32,000 nt of DNA, from assembly GCF_009831105.1 (NCBI RefSeq), contig NZ_WUUQ01000002.1, positions 300,001-332,000 of the forward strand. Reading direction: 5' to 3'. Below, in pieces: positions 18,217 to 26,524 of this stretch. The notes beneath the pieces are model-generated. The model did not search any database and was not told the DNA's origin. It saw only the letters and a list, made by a program, of their open reading frames with translations. Origin of the DNA: Copranaerobaculum intestinale (GTDB taxonomy: Bacteria > Bacillota_I > Bacilli_A > Erysipelotrichales > Erysipelotrichaceae). Position numbers and translations under genes: made by a program. Within the stretch, counting starts at the first letter, position 1, and the number at the start of each line of letters is the position of its first letter.

Positions 18217-19602
18217 ATGCCGAATATGAGTTTAGAAAAAGTGGCGATGCCAGTGCAGGACGGCATGGTTCGCAGTCAGAACTTTGAGGAGGTAACCCTT
18301 GGCTATAATGAAGCCATGGCGAAGGAAGAAGCTGAACGCTGTCTGCACTGCATCAATAAACCATGTGTTGCCGGCTGTCCGGTAGGTATTGATATTCCAA
18401 CCTTTATTGAACAAATCAAGGAAGGCGATATGGAGGGTGCCTATCACACGCTGAAGCTGTCCAGCTCACTGCCTGCGGTATGCGGCCGCGTATGCCCGCA
18501 GGAATCGCAGTGTGAACAAAAATGTGTACGCGGTATCAAGGGGGAAGCCGTGGCGATTGGCCGGCTGGAGCGATTTGCGGCAGATACACATATGGCAAAG
18601 GCGGTTGAAGCAATCAAGCAGCCGGTGAAAAACGGCCATAAGGTTGCGGTGATCGGCGCCGGCCCGGCGGGGCTTACCTGCGCCGGTGATCTGGCGAATG
18701 CCGGCTATGAGGTTACCATTTATGAGGCCCTGCACGAAGCAGGCGGTGTCTTGGTCTATGGTATTCCGCAATTCCGTCTGCCCAAAGAAATCGTACATCA
18801 GGAAATTGACAATTTAAAAAAGCTGGGCGTTGATATTGAAACCAATATGGTTATCGGCCGGGTTTTAACGATTGAGGAATTGTTTGAAATGGGCTTTGAG
18901 GCAGTCTTTATCGGCACCGGTGCCGGCCTGCCCAATTTTATGAAGATGCCGGGAGAAAATTTGAAAGGAGTATACAGCGCCAATGAATTTTTGACCCGTA
19001 TTAATTTAATGAAGGCCTATGAAGAAGGAGTGGATACACCGATCCAGCATGCTAAGAAAGCCGTTATTGTCGGCGGCGGCAATGTAGCGATGGATGCGGC
19101 GCGCTGTGCCAAACGACTGGGAGTTGAAGAAGTCAGTATCGTATATCGCCGTTCTTTAGAAGAGCTTCCGGCGCGTAAGGAAGAGGTGGAGCATGCCATG
19201 GAAGAGGGCATCAAGTTTGAGCTGTTGACCAATCCGATCCAGGTGCTCGGTGATGAACAGGGCTGGGTGAAAGGCATGGAATGCGTACGGATGGAGCTGG
19301 GTGAACCGGATGCCAGCGGACGCCGCCGTCCGATTGCAGTTGAAGGAAGTAACTTCATTATGGATATTGACTGTATGATCATGGCAATCGGCACTTCTCC
19401 AAATCCTCTGATCCGCTCAACGACCCAGGGATTAGAAGCTAATCAGCACGGCTGTATCGTGGCGGATGAGAACGGACTTACGTCACTGCCGGGAGTGTAT
19501 GCCGGCGGTGATGCGGTAACCGGTGCGGCGACGGTAATTCTGGCAATGGGTGCCGGTAAAAAAGCTGCACATGCCATTGACGCATATTTGATGAAGAAAT
19601 AA
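18217..19602 (+). CDS. nfnB: NADPH-dependent glutamate synthase beta-chain-like oxidoreductase (NfnB / homotetrameric GltA type)
   Basis: Two Fe-S Cys clusters (CLHCINKPCVAGCP and CGRVCPQESQCEQKC). Two dinucleotide folds (VAVIGAGPAGLTCA and VIVGGGNVAMDAA). AAGGAGGG RBS before ATG 18217. Confidence 0.85.
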   Translation: MPNMSLEKVAMPVQDGMVRSQNFEEVTLGYNEAMAKEEAERCLHCINKPCVAGCPVGIDIPTFIEQIKEGDMEGAYHTLKLSSSLPAVCGRVCPQESQCEQKCVRGIKGEAVAIGRLERFAADTHMAKAVEAIKQPVKNGHKVAVIGAGPAGLTCAGDLANAGYEVTIYEALHEAGGVLVYGIPQFRLPKEIVHQEIDNLKKLGVDIETNMVIGRVLTIEELFEMGFEAVFIGTGAGLPNFMKMPGENLKGVYSANEFLTRINLMKAYEEGVDTPIQHAKKAVIVGGGNVAMDAARCAKRLGVEEVSIVYRRSLEELPARKEEVEHAMEEGIKFELLTNPIQVLGDEQGWVKGMECVRMELGEPDASGRRRPIAVEGSNFIMDIDCMIMAIGTSPNPLIRSTTQGLEANQHGCIVADENGLTSLPGVYAGGDAVTGAATVILAMGAGKKAAHAIDAYLMKK

Positions 19603-19620
19603 AAAAATATCTGAAAGGGG

Positions 19621-19649
19621 TTACATTTTATTACAGGATGTGGTAAAAT
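19621..19649 (+). promoter_or_regulatory. Candidate sigma-A promoter with extended -10, downstream of nfnB
   Basis: TTACAT (19621-19626), 17-nt spacer ending in TG-G, TAAAAT (19644-19649). Confidence 0.45.
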
Positions 19650-19845
19650 ACGAATAGAAGAAAGGGAAGACCTTCTTCTAAACCATCATTTTTTTCATTC
19701 TAACACCCTCTTTCAAAACACTTAGGCAATGTTTTGAGAGAAGCTATTTGTGTATTCTTTACATTCCTTCCTTTTATGTAATCGCACAAATGCAAATGTT
19801 TCTTATTCATATTTCCTTTCAATTACATGTTTAAGACACTGTAAA

Positions 19846-19869
19846 GCACAGACGACGGTCTGTGTTTTT
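19846..19869 (+). terminator. Intrinsic terminator-like hairpin 8 nt upstream of the RBS of the P-loop gene (leader terminator or attenuator)
   Basis: GCACAGAC-GACG-GTCTGTGT followed by TTTTT. The GGGAGG RBS is at 19877-19882 and the ATG at 19891. Confidence 0.55.
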
Positions 19870-19890
19870 ACATTACGGGAGGTACAGTTT

Positions 19891-20403
19891 ATGAAAATCC
19901 ATATCATCGGAGCCAGCGGCAGCGGAAAATCAACCCTGGCCGGTAATTTGTCAAAGCTGCTTCAGATACCGCATTATGATCTGGATGATATATTCTGGGA
20001 CAATACGCAAAAGACTTATGGAGTAACCATGCCACTGGCGAAACGAAGCCGCATCTTTCATTCGATTTTGCTTCAGGATGCGTGGATCATCGAAGGTATT
20101 TATACTAGCTGGATTCAAGAGTCGCTTCAGCAGGCGGATCATATCATCCTATTGGATATATCTCTTGCAAGCTGTCGTTGGCACGTCATGAAACGTTTTT
20201 TCAGACGAAAGCTCGGATTGGAGAAAAGCAAGCGGGAGTCCTTGAAATCCCTTGTAAAGCTGCTTTATTGGATGAGTGGTGATCATTTGTCAAAACAGGA
20301 ATACTTTGCGATGATCGAGGAACGATTTCCGCTTAAAACGGAACATTTAAGAACCGCCCAGCAGATAGAGGAAATGATTATCGGTTTTGAAAACGGCAGT
20401 TGA
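19891..20403 (+). CDS. P-loop NTPase, adenylate-kinase-like (the family often annotated as topology modulation protein / AAA family ATPase)
   Basis: Walker A IIGASGSGKSTLA right at the N-terminus after a GGGAGG RBS. The 47-codon N-terminal extension in the track (19750) has no RBS and crosses the terminator hairpin. Confidence 0.8.
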   Translation: MKIHIIGASGSGKSTLAGNLSKLLQIPHYDLDDIFWDNTQKTYGVTMPLAKRSRIFHSILLQDAWIIEGIYTSWIQESLQQADHIILLDISLASCRWHVMKRFFRRKLGLEKSKRESLKSLVKLLYWMSGDHLSKQEYFAMIEERFPLKTEHLRTAQQIEEMIIGFENGS

Positions 20404-20428
20404 CGGAATCGGCTTTCTTTTGTATACT
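20400..20428 (+). promoter_or_regulatory. Candidate sigma-A promoter of the leuS T-box leader
   Basis: TTGACG (20400-20405), 17-nt spacer, TATACT (20423-20428). It overlaps the stop codon of the upstream gene. Confidence 0.55.
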
Positions 20429-20434
20429 AAACGA

Positions 20435-20643
20435 GTAAAAGCTATGAAACAGAGCAGTAGCGTCAAGTTGCCTGTGATAGAGATCTGATGGCTGGTGGAA
20501 ATCAGAACAGTAAACGACGTGAACTCGCTGTGGAGCTGATGGAAATCCGTATTTTCCCGCGTTAAGGGTTGAAGGGCATATCCAGAAGGATATGAACTAA
20601 GGTGGTACCGCGTATAAAACGTCCTTAGAAGGACGTTTTTTTA
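20435..20643 (+). promoter_or_regulatory. T-box riboswitch leader, leucine specifier (CUC)
   Basis: AG bulge AGAGA, distal loop GGUGGAAA, specifier context GAA-CUC-G (CUC at 20524-20526), F-box-like GCGUUA. T-box motif AACUAAGGUGGUACCGCG (20595-20612) has a 7-nt bulge UGGUACC, and UGGU matches discriminator A73 of tRNA-Leu. Terminator AAAACGTCC-TTAGAA-GGACGTTTT plus a T-run (20617-20643). Confidence 0.92.
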
Positions 20644-20664
20644 TGTTCAGAGAGGTGGATAAAA

Positions 20665-23067
20665 ATGGCTACATTTGATCACAAGACCATTGAGAAAAAA
20701 TGGCAGAATTATTGGCTTACCAACAAAACATTCGCGTGTGATACGCATGATTTTTCAAAACCGAAATACTATGTGCTGGATATGTTTCCGTATCCGAGCG
20801 GAAACGGTCTGCATGTCGGGCATCCGGAAGGGTATACGGCAACTGATATCATTGCCCGCATGAAGCGTATGCAGGGCTATAATGTGCTGCATCCGATGGG
20901 CTGGGACGCGTTCGGACTTCCGGCAGAACAATTTGCCATCAATACCGGACATCATCCGGCGGAATTTACGAAAAAGAATATTGATCATTTTCGGGAACAG
21001 ATTCAGGCGCTAGGATTCTCTTATGACTGGGATCGGGAAATTTCGACCACTGATTCCGACTATTATAAATGGACACAGTGGATTTTCCTGAAGTTATATG
21101 AAAAGGGTCTTGCTTATGTGGCGGAGATCCCGGTGAACTGGTGTCCAGAGCTTGGTACTGTGTTGGCCAATGAAGAGGTAATCGACGGCAAAAGTGAGCG
21201 GGGCGGCTTTCCGGTCATTCGTAAGCCGATGCGTCAGTGGGTATTGAAAATTACTGCTTATGCAGAGCGATTGTTAGAAGACCTGGAGCTTTGCGACTGG
21301 CCGGCTTCCACCAAAGAAATGCAGATCAACTGGATCGGTAAATCGCAAGGGGCAAACGTTATCTTTAAAATTAAAGATACTGATAAAGAATTTACCGTCT
21401 TTACGACCCGGTGTGATACGCTGTTTGGTGCAACCTATTGCGTCATGGCGCCGGAACATCCGTTCGTGGATGAGATAACCAGTGAAGCGCAAAAAGCTGA
21501 AGTAGCTGCTTACAAGCAGGTGTGCGCGATGAAATCCGATATGGAGCGCACCGAATTGAATAAAGATAAGACCGGTGTCTTTACCGGTGCATATGCGATC
21601 AATCCGGTCAACGGTAAGGAAGTGCCGATCTGGATTTCCGATTATGTATTGGCAAGCTATGGTACCGGTGCTATCATGGCGGTACCTGCTCATGATGACC
21701 GGGATTATGCCTTCGCCAAAAAATTCGGATTGGAAATCAAACCGGTGCTGGCGGGCGGCGATGTCGCAAAGGAAGCATTTACCGAAGATGGGTTACATAT
21801 CAATTCAGAATTTCTAAACGGTATGGACAAGCAGACCGCGATCGATACGATGATCGAATGGCTGAAAGAACATCAATGCGGTGAGGCCAAGGTTACGTAT
21901 AAGCTGCGCGACTGGCTGTTCTCCCGGCAGCGATATTGGGGCGAACCGATTCCGATCATCCATATGGAGGATGGAACGATGCGTGCGGTGGACGTCGATG
22001 AATTGCCGCTGGAGCTGCCTGAAACGGATAACTTCAAGCCTTCCGGAACCGGTGAATCACCGCTAGCTCATTGTGAGGATTTCCTACATGTGGAGATTGA
22101 TGGCGTCAAGGGTATCCGAGAAACAAATACCATGCCGCAATGGGCTGGCAGCTGCTGGTATTATCTGCGCTATATTGATCCGCATAATCATGAAGCGCTG
22201 GCTGATCCGGAATTGCTGAAGCATTGGCTGCCGGTCGATCTATATGTCGGCGGGGCAGAGCACGCGGTCCTGCATCTGCTGTATTCCCGTTTCTGGCATA
22301 AAGTGCTGTATGACTGCGGTGTGGTTCCTACGAAGGAACCATTCCAGAAGCTGTTTCATCAAGGGATGATCCTCGGTGAAAATAATGAAAAAATGTCAAA
22401 ATCTCGCGGCAATGTTGTGAATCCGGATGATATCATTTTGTCTCATGGCGCCGATGCGCTGCGGGTTTATGAAATGTTCATGGGACCGCTGGAGGCAGCG
22501 CTGCCATGGAGCACAACCGGCTTGGACGGCGCACGCCGCTGGATCGATCGTGTCTATCGTTTGTTTACGCAGCAGATTCAAATCGTCAAAGAAAATGACG
22601 GCAAGCTGGATCGCAGCTACCATGCGATGGTGAAGAAGGTCACCGGTGATGTGGAAACACTGAATCTGAATACTGCCATTTCAGCAATGATGGTATTTGT
22701 CAATGATTGTTACAAATGTGAAACGATCTGCCGAAAGTATGCGGAAGGATTTGTTAAAATGTTTGCCTGCTTCGCTCCGCATATCGGTGAAGAAATCTGG
22801 TCTGAAGTCTTTCATCATGAGGGAACGATCGCCTATGAACCATGGCCAATTCATGATGAATCCATGCTGGTTGAAGATGTGGTTGAAGTCATTGTTCAGG
22901 TCAACGGAAAGCTGCGCGGCAAATTCAGCGCTGCGGTTGGTACGGATGAAGAAGCGCTCAAAGAACAGGCATTGCATATATCCGCCGTGCAGACTCAGCT
23001 GGCCGATAAAACCGTTCGTAAGATCATTGTAGTAAAGGGCAGGGTCGTAAATATTGTCGCAAATTAA
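20665..23067 (+). CDS. leuS: Leucine--tRNA ligase
   Basis: Class I motifs HVGHPEGY (HIGH) and KMSKSRGN (KMSKS). 800 aa, full length. AGAGGTGG RBS. Confidence 0.98.
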   Translation: MATFDHKTIEKKWQNYWLTNKTFACDTHDFSKPKYYVLDMFPYPSGNGLHVGHPEGYTATDIIARMKRMQGYNVLHPMGWDAFGLPAEQFAINTGHHPAEFTKKNIDHFREQIQALGFSYDWDREISTTDSDYYKWTQWIFLKLYEKGLAYVAEIPVNWCPELGTVLANEEVIDGKSERGGFPVIRKPMRQWVLKITAYAERLLEDLELCDWPASTKEMQINWIGKSQGANVIFKIKDTDKEFTVFTTRCDTLFGATYCVMAPEHPFVDEITSEAQKAEVAAYKQVCAMKSDMERTELNKDKTGVFTGAYAINPVNGKEVPIWISDYVLASYGTGAIMAVPAHDDRDYAFAKKFGLEIKPVLAGGDVAKEAFTEDGLHINSEFLNGMDKQTAIDTMIEWLKEHQCGEAKVTYKLRDWLFSRQRYWGEPIPIIHMEDGTMRAVDVDELPLELPETDNFKPSGTGESPLAHCEDFLHVEIDGVKGIRETNTMPQWAGSCWYYLRYIDPHNHEALADPELLKHWLPVDLYVGGAEHAVLHLLYSRFWHKVLYDCGVVPTKEPFQKLFHQGMILGENNEKMSKSRGNVVNPDDIILSHGADALRVYEMFMGPLEAALPWSTTGLDGARRWIDRVYRLFTQQIQIVKENDGKLDRSYHAMVKKVTGDVETLNLNTAISAMMVFVNDCYKCETICRKYAEGFVKMFACFAPHIGEEIWSEVFHHEGTIAYEPWPIHDESMLVEDVVEVIVQVNGKLRGKFSAAVGTDEEALKEQALHISAVQTQLADKTVRKIIVVKGRVVNIVAN

Positions 23068-23092
23068 ACGGAAGTCGTCTTCCGTTTTTTTT
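23067..23092 (+). terminator. Intrinsic terminator after leuS
   Basis: AAACGGAAG-TCGT-CTTCCGTTT followed by a T-run. Confidence 0.85.
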
Positions 23093-23127
23093 AATCCGTA
23101 TTATAATGAAGAAAAGGATGTGATGTT

Positions 23128-23574
23128 ATGAAACTGATGATTCTGAACGGCTGCAATCTGAATATGATGGGGATCCGCGAAAAAGAAGTATACGGTGATG
23201 CAGACTATAACGCACTGTGCAGGACGATCGAGCAAGCGGCGAAACAGCTTCAGGTGCAGGCGGATATTTTTCAATACAACGGCGAGGGAGACTTGATTGA
23301 TGCACTGCAGCGGGCCTATTTTGAGGCGTATGCCGGAGTTGTGCTCAATGCCGGAGCCTATGCCTGTTATAGTTATGCGCTGTATGATGCGATCAAAAGC
23401 ATACATGATCGCGTTCCGGTCGTGGAAGTTCACATTACCAATATGCATGATCGTGAAGAATTTCGATCGCATAGTGTGATTGCGAAGGCATGTGCTGGCT
23501 ATATCAGCGGCTTTGGTTTTTCAGTATATGAGCTGGGCATGCGGGGACTCCTTGAATATCAGCGTACGGTATAA
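23128..23574 (+). CDS. aroQ: Type II 3-dehydroquinate dehydratase family protein (divergent)
   Basis: Family-wide motifs are present: ILNGCNLNMMGIREKEVYG, LNAGAYACYSYALYDA, VEVHITNMHDREEFRSHS. Several normally invariant residues are substituted (see findings). Confidence 0.8.
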   Translation: MKLMILNGCNLNMMGIREKEVYGDADYNALCRTIEQAAKQLQVQADIFQYNGEGDLIDALQRAYFEAYAGVVLNAGAYACYSYALYDAIKSIHDRVPVVEVHITNMHDREEFRSHSVIAKACAGYISGFGFSVYELGMRGLLEYQRTV

Positions 23575-23616
23575 ATCACAGGTATTCATCCGTAATTGGC
23601 GAAAAGTAAGTAATAT

Positions 23617-23645
23617 TTGTCAGCTATATGAATATCTGCTATAAT
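23617..23645 (+). promoter_or_regulatory. Candidate sigma-A promoter for yebC
   Basis: TTGTCA (23617-23622), 17-nt spacer, TATAAT (23640-23645), preceded by TGC (extended -10). Confidence 0.55.
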
Positions 23646-23675
23646 AGACAAGGAAAATTTGGAGAGTGATAAATC

Positions 23676-24407
23676 ATGGGTAGACATTTCGAGGTGCGTG
23701 CCGCCGCTATGGCGAAAACCGCAAATGCAAAAGCAAAAGTATATTCCCGCTTTGGTAAAGAAATTTACATGGCGGCGAAAAGCGGTGTCCCTGATCCGGA
23801 TATGAATGCAGTATTAAAAAAGACAATTGAACGGGCAAAAGCAAATCAGGTTCCTGCTGATGTCATCAAACGGGCGATTGAAAAAGCCAAAGGCGGATCA
23901 ACGGAAAATTATACAAGCTCGATGTATGAAGGCTTTGGTTCCGGTGGTCTGGCAACAGTCATGGTAGAATGCCTTACGGATAACGCGAATCGTACGATTG
24001 CGGAGCTTCGCGGAGCTTTTAATAAATCACATGCGAAGATCGGTGTATCCGGTTCAGTAGCATTCAATTACGATCATGTCGGAATGCTGGTGTTTGACTA
24101 TGCTGATGAAGAAGCGATGATGGATGCTTTGATCATGGCCGATGTTGAGCTGAAAGATATTGAAGTTGATGAAGGACATATGAGTGTAACGGTTGAGCCG
24201 CAGGATCTGAATAAAGCGAAAGAAGCAGTAGAAGCACTGATCCCGGAAGTGAAATTCGATGTAATGGAGCTGATGATGCTGCCGCATGAATACGTTGAAC
24301 TGGAAGGCGAAGACTTGATGCTGTTCAAACGTCTGCTGACCATGCTGGATGATGTTGATGATGTACAGAATGTTTATCACAATGTGTCCAATGTAAACGA
24401 GGAATAA
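23676..24407 (+). CDS. yebC: YebC/PmpR-family DNA-binding transcriptional regulator / translation-associated factor
   Basis: Family hallmark segments are present along the full 243-aa length: RAAAMAKT, KVYSRFGKEIYMAAK, NMP near-matches, IERAK, YEGFGSGG. Confidence 0.93.
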   Translation: MGRHFEVRAAAMAKTANAKAKVYSRFGKEIYMAAKSGVPDPDMNAVLKKTIERAKANQVPADVIKRAIEKAKGGSTENYTSSMYEGFGSGGLATVMVECLTDNANRTIAELRGAFNKSHAKIGVSGSVAFNYDHVGMLVFDYADEEAMMDALIMADVELKDIEVDEGHMSVTVEPQDLNKAKEAVEALIPEVKFDVMELMMLPHEYVELEGEDLMLFKRLLTMLDDVDDVQNVYHNVSNVNEE

Positions 24408-24409
24408 AA

Positions 24410-24441
24410 AAAGACAGCCGGATATTTCCGGTTCTTTTTTT
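24410..24441 (+). terminator. Intrinsic terminator after yebC
   Basis: AGCCGGA-TATT-TCCGGTT stem followed by CTTTTTTT. The stem is short. Confidence 0.6.
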
Positions 24442-24456
24442 CATAGGAGTGAAAAT

Positions 24457-24948
24457 ATGGAAATTGTATCAGCTTCATATGAGGATATTGCGGATATTGT
24501 AGAATTGTATCAGCAGATCGTGCAGTTTCAAGACCAAATGGGGCAATCGCAATGGAAACAGTCTGATGTCACGTGGGATGCGTTGACCGAAATCTATTCG
24601 CTTGAGCATTTCTATATTGCCCGAATGCAGGGTGAAATCATCGGAGCATGCATCATTGCAGATTATGATCCGATCTACTGGCCGAAGACTCCCCGTCATG
24701 AGAGTCTGTATATCCATAAGCTTGCGGTGCATGAGGATTGGCGAAAAAACGGAGTCGGCGTGGCTTTCTTAGAATTTTTTAAACAGGAAGGCAGAAGGCG
24801 GGGATTGGACGAGGTACGTCTGGATGTCAGAGCTTATAAGGATAAGCTTCGCAGCTTTTATGAACGCAATGGTTTTACGCTGGTACGAATTGCGTCTATT
24901 TTTGATGATTACGATACAGCTTTGTATCATGCTCGATGGGAGGATTAG
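24457..24948 (+). CDS. GNAT-family N-acetyltransferase
   Basis: Acetyl-CoA binding motif RKNGVGVAFLEF. AGGAGTG RBS. Confidence 0.85.
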   Translation: MEIVSASYEDIADIVELYQQIVQFQDQMGQSQWKQSDVTWDALTEIYSLEHFYIARMQGEIIGACIIADYDPIYWPKTPRHESLYIHKLAVHEDWRKNGVGVAFLEFFKQEGRRRGLDEVRLDVRAYKDKLRSFYERNGFTLVRIASIFDDYDTALYHARWED

Positions 24949-24950
24949 CA

Positions 24951-25745
24951 ATGCGCAGAAAATATTTTTTCTTTGATATCGACGGAACGCTGACGAATAA
25001 TCCGCAGGGAGGAAATATTCCTGCTTCGACAAAGGCCGCAATACGCGAACTTCGCAGAAAGGGACATTTTCTGGCGATTGCGACCGGACGCGCTTATGCG
25101 ATGGCAGAAGCTTATCTTGATGAATTCGATTTTGATAATATGGTGAGTGATGGCGGAAATGCCGTGACGATCAATCGGAAATTGCAGGGAATCGAACCGC
25201 TTGATAAAAAATTGGCGGTTACCCTGATCGATGAATGTGAAGCCAAGGGAATACCATGGGGTGTCAGCTATGAAAATGCCCGCTGCCGCTGGTGTAAAAA
25301 CACGGCTTTTTTAAAACGTACCAGAGATTCTTACATGGAAACAAAAATTGATCCGGATTTGGATGTTCATGAACTGTCTGAAATCTATAAAGTATATGTT
25401 TGCTGTGATGAGGGGAGCGAAACTGCTATACAGGGACTAAAGGATTTACCATATGCTCGCTATCATCCGGATTATGTATTTGTTGAACCCGATGACAAGG
25501 CAAAGGGAATCTATAAGATCATGGATTATTTTCATGCTCCTTATGAAGACGTTGTCGTATTCGGTGACGGTAAAAATGATTTGAAGATGTTTCGTGAGGA
25601 ATGGACAAGCATTGCCATGGGCAATGCAATTCCGGAACTGAAAGCAAAGGCAACGTTTGTGACCAAAAGCGTGGATGACGGAGGAATTGCATATGCATGC
25701 CGCCATTTCGGCTGGATAGACGGTGATGAAAATGAAGCCGCTTAA
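24951..25745 (+). CDS. Cof-type HAD-IIB hydrolase (sugar/phosphoester phosphatase)
   Basis: Motif I FFDIDGTL, motif II IATGR, motif IV FGDGKNDLKMF, GNA motif. GGGAGG RBS before ATG 24951. Confidence 0.88.
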   Translation: MRRKYFFFDIDGTLTNNPQGGNIPASTKAAIRELRRKGHFLAIATGRAYAMAEAYLDEFDFDNMVSDGGNAVTINRKLQGIEPLDKKLAVTLIDECEAKGIPWGVSYENARCRWCKNTAFLKRTRDSYMETKIDPDLDVHELSEIYKVYVCCDEGSETAIQGLKDLPYARYHPDYVFVEPDDKAKGIYKIMDYFHAPYEDVVVFGDGKNDLKMFREEWTSIAMGNAIPELKAKATFVTKSVDDGGIAYACRHFGWIDGDENEAA

Positions 25746-26484
25746 CGGGTCTGGCTGCATCCTTTCAAAAGAACAACCGAAAATCTGTGTTCCGCTGACG
25801 CCCTCGGATGAAAAGGAGCTGAAGCAACAGCTTGAAATGATTCATCGACAGTCGGCGGATATTGATTTGATCGAATGGCGTGCTGATTACTGGCAGGGGG
25901 AGCTGAAGGATGGCTTATCCGCCGTATCAAATCAGCTTCAGAACATTCATAAACCAGTGATATTTACAATTCGAACCGCGGCGGAAGGCGGTGAAAAAGA
26001 CATAGCTTTAAGCGAATATGAGCACATGATCAGAATGTCATTGAAGTTTCCGTGCTTTATGATGTATGATCTTCAATTAATGCTTGTAAAGCAAAAAGCC
26101 GATCGGATGCGGATGCTGTTAGATGATCTTCACCGACATAATAAATGGATCATTCTTTCTTATCATGATTTTCAAGCGACCCCTTCCAATGAACAGATGC
26201 TTGCTATCTTAAATGAACAGGAGGCGTTGGGAGCTGATCTTGTAAAGCTGGCAGTTATGCCGCAAACAGAAATGGATGTTAAACGGCTGATGGAGGTCAG
26301 CAGTCTTTTTACCCAAACTCATGAAACCATGGCAATAACGATTTCCATGGGTGAATTGGGGGTTAAATCGCGCATTCAATTAAAGGAAACAGGAAGCTGT
26401 ATCAGCTTTGCAACAGCTTCTGCCGCCAGTGCCCCGGGTCAGCTTCCCGCTTCCTCACTGCGCAAACTGCTTCAAACTCAATAA
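25726..26484 (+). CDS. aroD: Type I 3-dehydroquinate dehydratase
   Basis: ICVPL, DLIEWRADY, IFTIRTAAEGGE, catalytic His context SYHDF, Schiff-base Lys context DLVKLAVMP, ISMGELGVKSR. The start (ATG 25726 or 25732) overlaps the 3' end of the HAD gene. Confidence 0.9.
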   Translation: MKMKPLNGSGCILSKEQPKICVPLTPSDEKELKQQLEMIHRQSADIDLIEWRADYWQGELKDGLSAVSNQLQNIHKPVIFTIRTAAEGGEKDIALSEYEHMIRMSLKFPCFMMYDLQLMLVKQKADRMRMLLDDLHRHNKWIILSYHDFQATPSNEQMLAILNEQEALGADLVKLAVMPQTEMDVKRLMEVSSLFTQTHETMAITISMGELGVKSRIQLKETGSCISFATASAASAPGQLPASSLRKLLQTQ

Positions 26485-26490
26485 CCAAAA

Positions 26491-26524
26491 GAAAACGGAA
26501 ATCTAATTACAGGTTTCCGTTTAT
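26491..26524. terminator. Bidirectional terminator between convergent aroD and aroE-aroK
   Basis: AAACGGAAA (26493-26501) pairs with TTTCCGTTT (26514-26522). The last codons of aroE-aroK lie within the loop and 3' arm. Confidence 0.65.

Noticed and set aside
19655-19695. Hairpin TAGAAGAA-AGGGAAGACC-TTCTTCTA as the nfnB intrinsic terminator.
   Set aside because: The T-run starts 9 nt after the stem rather than adjacent to it, and the hairpin lies downstream of a good promoter. I kept it only as part of the leader finding and did not call it a terminator.
19750-19890. 47-codon N-terminal extension of the P-loop ORF (track start 19750).
   Set aside because: It has no RBS and crosses a terminator hairpin. 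The Walker A motif begins 7 codons after the internal ATG 19891, which has a GGGAGG RBS.
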